A stretch of 64,000 nt of DNA from Flaccisagitta enflata (taxonomy: Eukaryota), in the NCBI GenBank assembly GCA_965153355.1, contig OZ231126.1, positions 47,120,001-47,184,000 on the forward strand. The letters are read 5' to 3'. How positions within the stretch are numbered: position 1 is the stretch's first letter; every line of letters starts with the position of its first letter. Made by a program: the position numbers and the translations under genes. This document shows, in pieces, positions 1 to 11,849 of the stretch. The notes below the pieces were generated by a model that saw nothing but the letters and a program-made list of their open reading frames with translations, searched no databases and was not told the DNA's origin.

Positions 1-254
1 CGTTGACAGTAGCATGTAGAATTGTACATCATAGATATAAATCATATAATCCTCATTATTATGCCATCGTTAACATCAACTTTCATGGTTATTTTGTTAT
101 TATCATCGACGTCATCATCGTTATCAAAATCATGACCATCAATTCTGTCATTACCGTCAAAATCATCATCATCGCTATTGTCATCGTTGTCAAAATCACA
201 GCGGTGCATAATTATCGAGTCGCCTTTGATTTTCCATCCTCCCATTATCCACAC

Positions 255-397
255 CTGTTTTACGCACTCGCCGACATTAAACATGCGGCAAACGCTGTCA
301 GGCCATCCTCGTTTCTCAAGTCTCACTTGATTCTTCTTCACCTTCCTCGCCTGCATTTCTTCAAGAGTAACGAGCGCCTTACGAAGATCTTTGGCGC
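255..397 (-). CDS. Exon 5 of multi-CCCH zinc-finger protein; gene continues beyond the left edge
   Basis: Acceptor tctcgcag at 398-405; (G)AKDLRKALVTLEEMQARK...PDSVCRMFNVGECVKQ parallels exon 3 (GAREFRETL...PKDVCRMFNLGIC). Donor CAG|GTGTGG at 254. Confidence 0.82.
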
Positions 398-414
398 CTG
401 CGAGAATTATTCAA

Positions 415-600
415 AACAAGGCCAACACCTTACAGTCGCGTGCGGTTGTTAAGACCAAAAGACCAAAGATGACTTATAATGACTTTAAACAAATCAAAAT
501 AACTTAAAATGATGTAGAACGACAAAAAGAAGCTAAGCCTTACGGACCGACAGACAGACAGACAGAGTGGGTCATAGAGTCGCGTGCACGCGTCTAAAAA
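415..600 (-). mobile_element. HINE/DINE-like (Helentron-associated) non-autonomous element
   Basis: AACAAGGCC end, subterminal AGTCGCGTGC, GACA/GACC microsatellite, and terminal palindrome AGTCGCGTGCACGCG followed by an A-run. Confidence 0.75.
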
Positions 601-707
601 TCTTCATTAAAATATACAGATTAATGAGACAATCAATGTAGAGCGCGTCACCGCGCGTGTAATCATTTTGTGAGTATGCAGTATGTAGAATATGTAGTAA
701 TGATCAC

Positions 708-801
708 CTTGGCAAGCGCAAATTTTGGCGGCGTTTTTTCCAAGACAAATAGCGCAGTGGTGTCCGACGTCACACTTTTTCTCGCAAGTGCCCAGGTTGA
801 A
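708..801 (-). CDS. Exon 4 of multi-CCCH zinc-finger protein (not in the ORF track)
   Basis: Manual translation after acceptor cattttag gives FNLGTCEKKCDVGHHCAICLGKNAAKICACQ+G, then donor GTGATC. Phase 0 in and phase 1 out match both neighbouring exons and complete the finger CIK-FNLGTC...H. Confidence 0.88.
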
Positions 802-896
802 CTAAAATGAATAATTATAAAAGAAAATGAGCACTGTAATCTGACTATAATTATATATATTTAATTGAAACATGTAATCAGTAGAATTCAAAGCCG

Positions 897-1910
897 GGTG
901 GTTTCATGACAAATCACCCAAACTTAAAACCCTAAAAAAATAGAATTTGCTCTTTTTTAATGTAAAGGTAGCCCTTGGGGAGATATTCAAGAATCCCGAA
1001 GATTTTCGCTCTCGGACCCATATTTTGGGTTTTGGGGGGTTCGAAATTTTGGGCCCCCCAGGTACCCCCAGAACTTTAAATAGCTATATCTCAGCCATTT
1101 TTTATAGTAAAAGGACAATCTTGGTGTCAATCTTCTTGTATTAACCCAAAGAATCTAATAGGAAAAAAATTTGAACCAAATAAAATCATTTTGGGGGTTT
1201 TTACCCCTAGGGGTAGTACCCCGGGGTACCCCAGGGTACCTAGTACGTAGAAATTTTGAAAAAAAAGCTTGGAAAAATATTCTTCTATGTTTGTAGTTTC
1301 ATATTCAAGAATAAAAAAAAATGGTACCTCTGCACCTTGATACCCAAAAAGAATAACAAAATTGGGTGGTCAGGCCCATTTTTCAGTATTTTTGCTTAAA
1401 TCGACGGTTTTTAGGAAAATGCTCAAAAATGGGCCTGACCACCCATTTTTGTTATTTTTTTTGGGTATTAAGGTGCTGAGGTACCATTTTTTTAATTCTT
1501 GAATATAAAACTACAAACATAGAAGAATATTTTTCTAACTTTATTTTTCAAAATTTCTACGTACTAGGTACCCTGGGATACCCCGGGGTACTACCCCTAG
1601 GGGCAATAACCCCCAAAATGATTTTATTTGGTTCAAATTTTTTTCCTATTAGATTCTTTGGGTTAATACAAGAAGATTGACACCAAGATTGTCCTTTTAC
1701 TATAAAAAATGGCTGAGATATGGCTATTTAAAGTTCTGGGGGTACCGGGGGGGCCAAAATTTCAAACCCCCCTAAAACCCAAAATATGGGTCCGAGAGCG
1801 AAAATCTTCGGGATTCTTGAATGTCTCCCCAAGGGCTACCTTTACACCAAAAAAGAGCAAATTCTATTTTTTTAGGGTTTTCAGTTTGGGTGATTTGTCA
1901 TGAAACCACC
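897..1910. mobile_element. Fold-back MITE, ~1 kb, almost entirely palindromic, in intron 3 of the zinc-finger gene
   Basis: GGTGGTTTCATGACAAATCACCC at 897 is inverted at 1888-1910; ~500-bp arms centred near 1404; AAGCC at 891-895 and 1911-1915 is a possible 5-bp TSD. Confidence 0.9.
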
Positions 1911-1999
1911 AAGCCATTCATTTTCAATCCATGTCAGTTGCATAATGCGACTGCGTACTGGTTATCAATTAGCACGTACGCTTTCCATACTCAAATCAC

Positions 2000-2594
2000 C
2001 TTGATACATCCGCCGAGCGGTAAATCCGGCTTTTTGGGTTCTTCCTTCTTCACTCCCGAGGAAAGGGTCTCGCGAAACTCGCGCGCTCCGGCGCAATTGC
2101 AATTCGTGAGATTTACGTCGCTTTTTAGGCATTTGGCGCATTTATGCTGCTGCGCGCATTCGCGGTTCTTGCATATGCCCAAATTAAACATGCGACAGAC
2201 GTCCTTGGGAAGAGGGTCATTCGTCGTTGTCGATTCTGAACGTTCCTCTTTGACAAACTTGACCATAACTCCATGGCCGTTGGCCGTGCTCGTTGTATCC
2301 CCACCACCTTCCGCCTCCTCCGCGGGCTTCGATTTGGGATACCCGCGTTCCACGTCAGAATCTTCCGGAAGCGGTTTGGCGTTACACCGACAATCGGTGT
2401 TTTGCTCTAAGAATGTGGCCTTGCAAGTGGGGCAGTGATGGGTCATGTCGCACGTGTAGCCGCGAGGACAAACGCCATCCGGTTGGGCGAATTCCGGACA
2501 GGGTTGGGCGCCACCAGACTTGGGACTCGCGTTACAACGCAAGCATGTCAAGTAAGGATCGGGACCCCAACAGCTCTTGCAGCGATGTAAATGT
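2000..2594 (-). CDS. Exon 3 of multi-CCCH zinc-finger protein
   Basis: Acceptor ctcttcag|A at 2594 completes ...KSKCR-HLH. Contains CPEFAQPDGVCPRGYTCDMTH and CRMFNLGICKNRECAQQH. Donor AAG|GTGAT at 1999, phase 0. Confidence 0.9.
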
Positions 2595-2827
2595 CTGAAG
2601 AGGAGAAAAAGACAAAGGAGAGGAAACGTTGGAGAAGTTTTGAACACAAATGCAAATTGGTGGATGATATCAACATACTAAAATTGCCTACAATTAATAT
2701 ACTAAATCAATGCACTAAATTAATATACTAAAATTGCTTAAAATTTCTAAGAAGCATTTGAATAGACAAATTAAAGAAAGAAAAGCGTTCAATACATTTT
2801 CTTGCACCGAAACTGGGCGACGCTCAC

Positions 2828-4120
2828 CTGCATTTAGACTTCAACGGACAATAGAATAGACCCCTGTCATTCCATTTCACGCAAATATCCGGAGAAGGGC
2901 TGCGGTTGTTGCGCCACAGTCCTCCCTTTTCTCCTCTTCCTTTCGCCACAGCCTCCATTTCTTTCCAATAAAATCTCTTCTTGAGCCTCATGACCATGCT
3001 TCCGCTGAGCTTGTCCGGCAAGCGTTGTTCGTCGCATTCGCATTTAACAGCTGGTTCAGGTCCGCCGCAATTCTTGCATTCGTGCAGGTAAGTGCAACAT
3101 TCGGCGTCGAATCTGCACGCGGCTTGGTTGAATGCGATACACGGTTTGTCGCTCTTCTCGATGCTGTGACTGTAAGGGCATTCTTCTTCGCTCAACTTGC
3201 AAATGCCACGTCGGAAATTGAAACAAGGCTTGTATTTTTGAGCGCCTTCTTCATTGGCACCATCTTGCATAGCCGTAGTTGGTGCCATGGGTGGCGACCC
3301 CAGTGGCGGGCGCAGAGGAGCGCCGCCTCCCGGAGCCGTGGGATTGATGGAGACCGGCTTAAATCCAGGTGGTGGATTCTGCGGCTGAAAATTGGGTGGT
3401 AATCCTTGCGGAACGGGTCCTCGGCCAGGCTGGAACATGGGCGGGGGCCGCATGGGATCAAAAGCCGGAAGCCCGTGTGGTGGAGGAAGAGACATGGCAT
3501 CGGGGCCAAGGGGTGGTTGCGACCCCGTGGGTAATCCCGCTGGCGTTCCTCCAGGTAATGAACTCATTTTTGGACCGTCGATTTCCGGGGCGCCTGGCTT
3601 CGGCAGAGAAGCCGTTGGAGGGGCCCCGTACTGTGGAGGAGCTTGCGGATGTTGACTGGGTGCGCCTGGCGCGGGGGTTGCGGCGGCGGGATCGGCGGGA
3701 GGATTGCCGGGACCGTGGGAGGCCATATACTCTGCGGATTGGGCAACTTGTCTCACTTGCTCCATTTGAGCCTTGATCATTTGACGCATTTCCCGCAATT
3801 TTTCTTGGGTCAACGACTGTGTCTTCATCCAGTCGTTCATTTCCGTCATCCAGGTTTGCATCTGCTGTTGATACTCTTCCATCTGCCGCCTCATGATGGC
3901 CGTGGCGCCGTCGGATTGCCCAGCGCGCCGCTCTTCTTCCGCCCGCTGCTCGTTGACGCGTTTCTGCACCTGCCAACTCCTCGTCTGATCGTCCAGCCAA
4001 CTCTGCCATTCTACGTCCTCCTCGGTCAATTTGGGGCGTTGAGGGGCGTCGCTTGGATGGGCACCGGCCGAAGCGCTTATGTCGTTGTAATAATCAGCTT
4101 CGTCGTTGATGAAGTAATGC
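2828..4120 (-). CDS. Exon 2 of multi-CCCH zinc-finger protein (Q/E/M-rich helical segment, Pro-rich linker, CCCH fingers 3, 4 and start of 5)
   Basis: Acceptor ctctcacag|G at 4120 and donor AG|GTGAGC at 2827, phase 2 at both ends. Contains CFNFRRGICKLSEEECPYSH and CIAFNQAACRFDAECCTYLH. Confidence 0.92.
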
Positions 4121-4391
4121 CTGTGAGAGCGTGAAAGTGGTGATTCGGTAGTGCGTGTGACAACAGGAAGTTTGGAGAAATGCCATGTGGCAATAAGAGA
4201 GAATAAAATGAAACACATGTTACTAACCAAACAAGAGCTTTTGATTTAAATATAGAAACATACGAAAAACGGCTTCTTGTGACCCAAACACAAACACCCG
4301 TAACAAATTCGTGCCTCATCAAAACTTGTCTGACTAGCTCCGTTACATGCAAGATTGGAGCTAGCTTGTAAAAAAAAAAAAATCGTTTAAG

Positions 4392-7300
4392 CAGGGGTAC
4401 CAATGTTAAAAATTTTTTAACATTTTTTAACATTTTTTAACAAATTTTAGATTTTAAAAGTTACAAAATGTTAAAAAAAGTTAAAAAAAGTTAAAAAAAG
4501 TTAAAAAAAGTTAAATAATGTTTAAAAATGTTTAAAAATATTTAAAAATGTTAAAAAATGTTAAAAAATGTTAAAAAATGTTAAAAAATGTTAAAATTTT
4601 TTAAAAATGTTAGGAAGTGTTAAAAGATGTTAAAATATCAGAAAAGGTTAAAAATATCAAAACGTAATAAAAAATGGTAAAAAACATTAAAAAATGTAAG
4701 ATCATTGAATATCGTTCAAGGACATTAAAAAAGTATTGAAAAACATCAAATGAAAACAGTTAATTTGAACGCAAATCCATAAATTTTGCTTGTTTCTTGT
4801 ATTTTATTTTTTCCCGTCTCAAATGATAGTTTCTAGCAATTCTGATGTTCAAGAGTTCTGAGATTTTTATGGGTTTTTTTCCCAGTATTTGCTTTAATTC
4901 AAAATCTTAATTTGCAAGAATTACAATACATTACAATGTATGCAAAAATTCAGTCATGTGCTAGACAACTGGACAATCTGCTTTATCCGTCCATCGGTCC
5001 ATCTGTTGGCTAGTTGGATGGTCTATCACACTTTTTTTATGATTTTATGACCTTGCTGCTCTCGCCCAATCGGTTTAGTGACCTTTAATATGGCCCCTGC
5101 CCACTTACGTGCGACCGGAGTAGCCGTGTATCCCAGACTGGGCCGTAGGACCCTTATGAAGGCAGATCGGCTACCAACAGCAGGGACTGGCTTCATTCAT
5201 CATAACAACAAGATTTGCCAAGTTTCATGACCATATGATCGATTTTACTCATGGCCGCCACCCCCCCTAAAATCCCAGCATGAGGGTTGTTGTGGTAAAA
5301 ATTCCAACTTTGGGTCACTTTGGCCTCAAAATTAGGCCCCTTCGAATTTAAATTTTGACCTAAAATCTATGAGATTATAAAACTAGAGCTCAAGAGCTAA
5401 CTAGTGGTGCAATCCGCATGTTTTTATCTTAATTTGTTGAGATTTGAGAGCATTTCAAAGATGAAAGGGTATGAGGGTCAAATTGCAGCTTATTTTCAGT
5501 GGCAATTTTGACATTTTTCACAGATTTGAACATATTTTGGCTTTGGTTGGACCAATCTGCATGAAATTGGTGATCAAATTGAAGAGTTTTTGCTGCTCTA
5601 GCTGATGGTAAAAAATTTTTGATCAATTTTGCCCTCAATTTTTTTTATTGACTGTAGAAGCAGGTGTAAAAAAGTCGATTTTCTTGAAAATTGAGCAATT
5701 TTGGACAAAAAATTAGACCACTTCCATTTTTAAAAAAGACTTAAAATCCATGAGCAAAAAAAAGAGCTGCTCAAGAGCTAACTAGTGGTGCAATCGGCAT
5801 GTCAATATGTTTTGCATTCAGATTTTACAGAACTACAAAGGTCAAGGGGTATGGCAAAATGACCATTTATTGTCACTTTGGCCGTTTTGGCCTCAATTTG
5901 GGTTAACTTTGCCGCAGAAATTGATAGAAAAATCTGTGAGATTATAAAACTAGAGCTCAAGAGCTAACCAGTGGTGCAATCCGCATGTTGCTATCATTTT
6001 TTGTTTAAGTTTGAGAGCATTTCAAAGATGGAAGGGTATGAGGGTTATTTTACCGGATAAACTTGCGAGTCAAATTTGACAATTTTTACATTTTTCGATA
6101 TATCTTGGCTTTGCCTTTTGATGGACAAATATGGATAAAATTGGTGACCAAATTGAAGATTTTTTGATGCTCTAACTGATTCTGGTAGAATTTTTGATCG
6201 ATATGACCCTCAAAATGTTTTGGAGACTGAGAAGCAGGTGCTAAGAAGAATATCTTTTTGCTCATTTGGTTTTGCCCAAAATGGCCTTACATACTTATTT
6301 GGACAGTCCCTTTAATCTTTTAAATTCTGTTGAATCTAAATGCAAAATCATAAAGACGTGGCGATTGCACCACTAGTCAGATCTCTTTATTTTTGTCAAG
6401 GATTTTAGGTCAATTATTGAATTGGAAGTAGCTGAATTTGTTGTCCAAAATTGCCCAATTTACAAAAAAAAAAAACACTTTTTGCATCTGCTTCCATGGT
6501 CAATAATAAAAATTTGGGGGCATATCGATCAAGAAATCTAATACCATCTGCTAGAGCAGCAAAAACTCTTTAGTTTGGTTACCATTTTCATGCAGATTGG
6601 TTCATCCAAAGCCGAGAAATATTGAAATTAGTGAAAAGTGTCATAATCGCCATTGAAATTTAAGCTGCAATTTGACCTTCCTACCCTTTCATCTTTGAAA
6701 TGCTCTAAAATCTTAACAAATTAACATAAAAGTATGCGGATTGCACCACTGGTTAGCTCTTGAGCTCTAGTTTTATAATCTCACAGATTTTTTTATTGAT
6801 TTCTACAGCAAAGTGACCCCTTATTGAGGCCAAAACAGCCAAAGTGACAATAAATGGTCATTTTGCCATACCCTTTGATCTTTAAAGTTCTGTAAAAACT
6901 AAATGCAAAAACATATTGACATGCCGATTGCATCACTAGTTAGCTCTTGAGCAGCTCTTTATTTTGCTCATGGATTTTAAGTCTTTTTTAAAAATGGAAG
7001 TGGTCTAATTTTTTGTCCAAAATTGTTAAATTTTCAAGAAAATCGACTTTTTTTCACCTGCTTCTACAGTCAATAAAAAAGATTGAGGGCAAAATCGATC
7101 AAAATTTTTTTTACCATCAGCTAGAGCAGCAAAAACTCTGCAATTTGATCACCAATTTCATGCAGATTGGTCAATCCAAAGCCAAAATATGTTCAAATTT
7201 GTGAAAAATGTCAAAATTGCCACTGAAAATAAGCTGCAATTTGACCCTCATACCCTTTCATCTTAGAAATGCTCTCAAACCTCAACAAATCATGATAAAA

Positions 7301-7939
7301 ACATGCGGATTGCACCACTAGTTAGCTCTTGAGCACTAGTTTTATAATCTCATGGATTTTAGGTCAAAATCTAAATTCGAAGGGGCCTAATTTTGAGGCC
7401 AAAGTTACCTAAAGCTGGAATTTTTACCACAACAACCCTCATGCTGGAATTTTAGGAGGGGTGGCGGCCATGAGTAAAATCGATCATATGGTCATGAAAC
7501 TTGGCAAATCTTGTTAGTATGATGAATGAAGCCAGTCCCTGCTGTTGGTAGCCGATCTGTCTTCACAAGGGTCCTACGGCCCAGTCTGTATCCTGCCTTG
7601 TTCTTTTATATTTTTTGCATTTTCATTTTACATTTTCATTTGTGCCATATCATTTTATACAATCTTTTAAGATTTTCAACAATTTTTAACATTTTTTAAC
7701 AATTTCTTGTTTCAAGTTATTTCAATATATTAGTTTTCAACATTTATTAACTTTTTTGACAATGTGTTATTTTCTAAATTATTTCATGATATTCTTATAA
7801 CATTTTTTAACATATTCAAAACATTTTGATAACCTTTTGAGCGTTTTTTCATTACCATTTTTTAACATTTTTTAACAAAAACTTTAAAAGTTACAAAATG
7901 TTAAAAAATGTTAAAAAATTTTTAGCATAGATACCCCTG
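4392..7939. mobile_element. CAGGGGTA-terminated non-autonomous DNA transposon with (TTAAAAAATG)n subterminal repeats
   Basis: TIRs CAGGGGTA...TACCCCTG. TTTAAG is duplicated (4386-4391 and 7940-7945); the uninterrupted site is visible in the host's right arm near 11190-11205. Confidence 0.85.
5134..7588. mobile_element. 2.45-kb fold-back non-autonomous DNA transposon with 5-bp TSD (possibly Transib-related)
   Basis: TIR CAGACTGGGCCGTAGGACCC is inverted at 7569-7588; TSD TATCC at 5129-5133 and 7589-7593; ~900-bp arms with internal CTAGTGGTGCAATC repeats. Confidence 0.88.
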
Positions 7940-9393
7940 TTTAAGGTGTCCAAAAAAAAGTGAATCCTGTACAAAATTGCATAAGGAATTCATTTTTTGG
8001 GGTTTCAGGGCCCTATGAGGGGGCTTTTAGAAACGCACCCAAAAAAACTGCTAAAAATGGTCATTTTTGGGTATTTTTGGTAAAAATATTTACCACTATG
8101 AGAGCCCAGCACCCAAAACTTGTACGTGGGAACTCATTTTAATGTAAGAGACTAAAACAGAAAGAATCATGATGGTAGGTGTAGCTTGGGGTCCCCAAAA
8201 AGGCCCAAAAGGGGCCCGTAAATCAAGAAAATATAAGTTTTTTATTCATTACGCTCCCAAAAATGCTTGGATTCTCACAAAATTTGAAATGGAACTTCCT
8301 ATGTTATGCAACTACCTTCATGCAAATTTTTGTGGCCTTTGATGAACAGCTTCATAGGCTAAAATGACTCAAAAAACTAAAAATCGCCCTTAAAAAATCG
8401 CGTTTTTTAGTTTTTTCTCATGGAAACACTATTTTAAGGTTATGAAACCCAAATATTTTCTAATCAATGATATTTGCTACATCTGTAGAGATTCCAGAAA
8501 AAATTTCATCCCTTATTTCCCAAAAGTCGCTGAGATATGACAGTCCGAAATGATATGGTAAACACGAAAAAGTAAAAAAATCATCATTTTTTTTATTTCT
8601 TATAAAAATCATTACCTTAATGAGATCTCAGCATCTAAAATAAGTATGTGGGAACTCTTCTTGATAAAAGTGACTGAATCAGAAAGAATCATGATGGTGG
8701 CTGTTGCTTGGGGCCCCCCAAAAAGGTTAAAAAAGGGCCCGTAAATCAAAAATATATAAGTTTTTTATTTATGACGATCCAAAAAATTCTTGGATGCTCA
8801 AAAAAATTTGTAAACTAACTTCCTATGTAATGTAACTACCTTCATGCAAAATTTTGTGGCCTTCAATGGACAGCTTCATGGGCTAAAACGGCTAAAAAAA
8901 CTAAAAATTGCACCCAAAATGTCTTTTTTTTAGTTTTCTCTCAGTAAAATATTATTTCTAGGTCATTTTAATCGACTTCTTTTTTAATCAGTAATGAACA
9001 GCTTCATAGGTTAAAAAAAAAAAACCCTTCGAATGACTTAGAATGACTTAAAATGACAAAAAAAACAAAAAAACCCTTTTAATGACCCTAATGACCAATA
9101 ATGAATTAAAATGACTTAGAATGACTTAGAATGACTTGGAATAACTATCAATGACTTTAAATGACTTGAAATGGCTTAAGAGTTGACATTATAGCATAAC
9201 ATGTGACGGATGGACGGACGGACAGACTAACAGACCAACAGACTGACAAAGCTGGGTGTAGAGTCGCGAGCACGCGACTAAAAACATGCGTTTTTTTTAG
9301 CCGAGTGGTACAGTTGTGTTCTGCGGCTCAAAAAACATTTTTCGGGAAAAAAGGGGAGGGATGGAGGGAAGAAAGTGATATGGGGCAATGAGT

Positions 9394-9395
<2 letters not shown>

Positions 9396-9470
<75 letters not shown>
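9396..9470 (+). repeat. (GA)n microsatellite. Others: 13423-13618, 14335-14500 (GT then GA), 15718-16010, 41197-41305 (CA), 46769-46850 (CT)
   Basis: Direct inspection. Confidence 0.97.
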
Positions 9471-9472
<2 letters not shown>

Positions 9473-11849
9473 AAGAGACAGAGAGACAGAGAGAGCTACA
9501 GCAAGACAGAGACAGAGATACAGCGAGAGATTGACAGTAAGAAGGGGGAGGAAGTTGGGAGGGAGTTGGTGATTTGAAAGAACAAGGCCAGATACACGGC
9601 CAGACGCCCAGATGCCTGCTGTTGGACAGGGGACAAAGAAGGTTATTTCAGAGAGCAAAAAAACATGAAATATACCAGAAAAGTAAAAAGAGGATGTACC
9701 AACCAACCAGCCTACAGACCAATATAGTGAGCTGTAGAGGCGCGTTGCATGCGACCAAAAAGAGTGATTTCTGCTCGAAACAAAACTCTGGCAATAAATC
9801 TCTTTTGTGTTCAAATGTTGGTTGATGAAAAGATGCCTAAAAAGTAAGAAAGTGTTTTTTTAAGTCTTGTGCACCCATCTATATATAAATTGGACTTGCG
9901 GTCCATCAGTCCTTTGCTCCATTTCTCAGTCAGATCTGAAACATTGTTTCCTTAGCTAACACAATTGTTTTTGAGTCATTTTCATCCTATTTATTTTTTT
10001 TGCAGACACGCAACTGTATAAGAGGCTTTGTCCGTCTGTCTGTTGGTGTTTCTGTCTGTCTGTTGGTCCATCAGTCCATTGGTCCGTCTGTCATGATTGA
10101 GTTGAAAAGTGGGAAAACTAATTTTTTTTTAAATTTTAGTGTATGATTAAGTGTTTTGTTAAGGTGGATTGGGGTTGTAGGCCCCTGCCCACCCGTCTGC
10201 AACCATGTTGTGACCCTGCCTTCCTTTTTTTTTTCACTGCCTCTGCCTATTTGCACGCGACTTGTGCCACATGCGCAGCCATGAATCTGGCCTTTTTTTA
10301 ACAATAACTGTTATGTAATTGGTCGGCAGAACCCATTCATCCAAAACAAGGCTGGATACACGGCTACTGTAGTTGCATGCAGATGGGCAGGGGCAGTGAT
10401 AAACAGGTTGCAATAAGTGGTCAGCGATACCCAATGCCCTGTTTTGCATGGTCTTTCTTAATAAGTAAATTACATCAAGAAAAGTTCACACCTAAATATT
10501 TTAGATGTGGAGATCTCATTTAGGTAAAGATTTTTATAAGAAATATAAAAAAATGATGATTTTTTTACTTTTTTGCGTTTACCATATCATTTCGGACAGT
10601 CATATCTCAGCGACATTTGGGAAATAAGGGATGAAATTTTTTCTGGAATCTCTACAAATGTAGCAAATATCATTGATTAGAAAATATTTGGGTTACATGA
10701 CCTTAAAATAGTATTTCCATGAGAAAAAACTAAAAAACGCGATTTTCGAAGGGCGATTTTTAGTTTTTTGAGTCATTTTAGCCTATGAAGCTGTTCATCA
10801 AAGGCCACAAAAATTTGCATGAAGGTAGTTGCATAACATAGGAAGTTCCATTTCAAATTTTGTGAGAATCCAAGCATTTTTGGGAGCGTAATGAATAAAA
10901 AACTTATATTTTCTTGATTTACGGGCCCCTTTTGGGCCTTTTTGGGGACCCCAAGCTACACCCACCATCATAATTCTTTCTGTTTTAGTCTCTTACATTA
11001 AGATGAGTTCCCACTTACAAGTTTTGGGTGCTGGGCTCTGATAGATACAGATTTTTTTACCAAAAATACCCAAAAATGGCCATTTTTAGCAGTTTTTTTG
11101 GGTGCGTTTCTAAAAGCCCCCTCATAGGGCCCTGAAACCCCAAAAAATGAATTCCTGATGAAATTTTGTATGGGATTCACTTTTTTTTGGACACCTTAAA
11201 CGATTTTTTTTTTTCGACTAGAAATAATGCAGCTAGCTCCAATCTTGCATGTAACGGAGCTTTCCAACACGCGCAGCATAGGATATATATAGATCGTTCA
11301 AACAGATGGTTTTCAACGGTTCCCCACAATCTGGAATCGAAAGATGGAGCTTTGTTTTCTCTTACATATCATCCGCGCTCCGACCGTTCATGTGAGAAAG
11401 TCCGATTATAATTCACATTTCACGAAATGCACGTGGAACGGGTTCTAGTCTTACAGATAACGGATGAATGACGCATATTATCAAGTTCAAGAAGGAGATA
11501 AAAACAATCGCTTCAGCCGATCTGAGCACACATTTCTGTTTGAGGGCGGACGCGCTGACATCACAGACGCGAGGTAGATAAAGGGGAGCGACCGCAATAC
11601 AAAATTTAAACTTACAACCGCGGGGCAGGCCGCATCGCAATATTTACCGCCAGAGAGATGGCAGGAAGGAAGGAAGGCAGACAAGACGGACAGACAGTCC
11701 GAAGGGGACAGAGTGGGATGCAATAACATACACAGGCAATGTTCAGACAACCGGATTTTCATCACCAACGGTGAGTCGTTGCAAGGACATCTCAAATCGG
11801 TTCAGGAGAACACAAATCGTGAGGCCTCATACGTACTGACGCAAAAACT

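Larger units (their letters stand above)
4340..11257. mobile_element. Outer non-autonomous DNA transposon with ~0.75-kb inverted arms, interrupted by nested insertions
   Basis: CCGTTACATGCAAGATTGGAGCTAGCT at 4340 is inverted ending at 11257, flanked by AGCT on both sides. Left arm (4340-4391 plus 7940-~8665) mirrors ~10474-11257. Confidence 0.88.

Noticed and set aside
42-254. Asp-rich continuation of ORF 42..356
   Set aside because: Lies after a good donor at 254 and derives from a CAT/CGT-rich low-complexity tract; more likely intron, since the open finger needs a further Cys and His from another exon.
1821-4134. Plus-strand ORFs overlapping the zinc-finger exons (also 16940-18661)
   Set aside because: Antisense shadows of GC-rich coding sequence, with no motifs.
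4340-11257. Autonomous transposase inside the large TIR elements
   Set aside because: No ORF with DDE, Rep/helicase or reverse-transcriptase motifs anywhere in the track.
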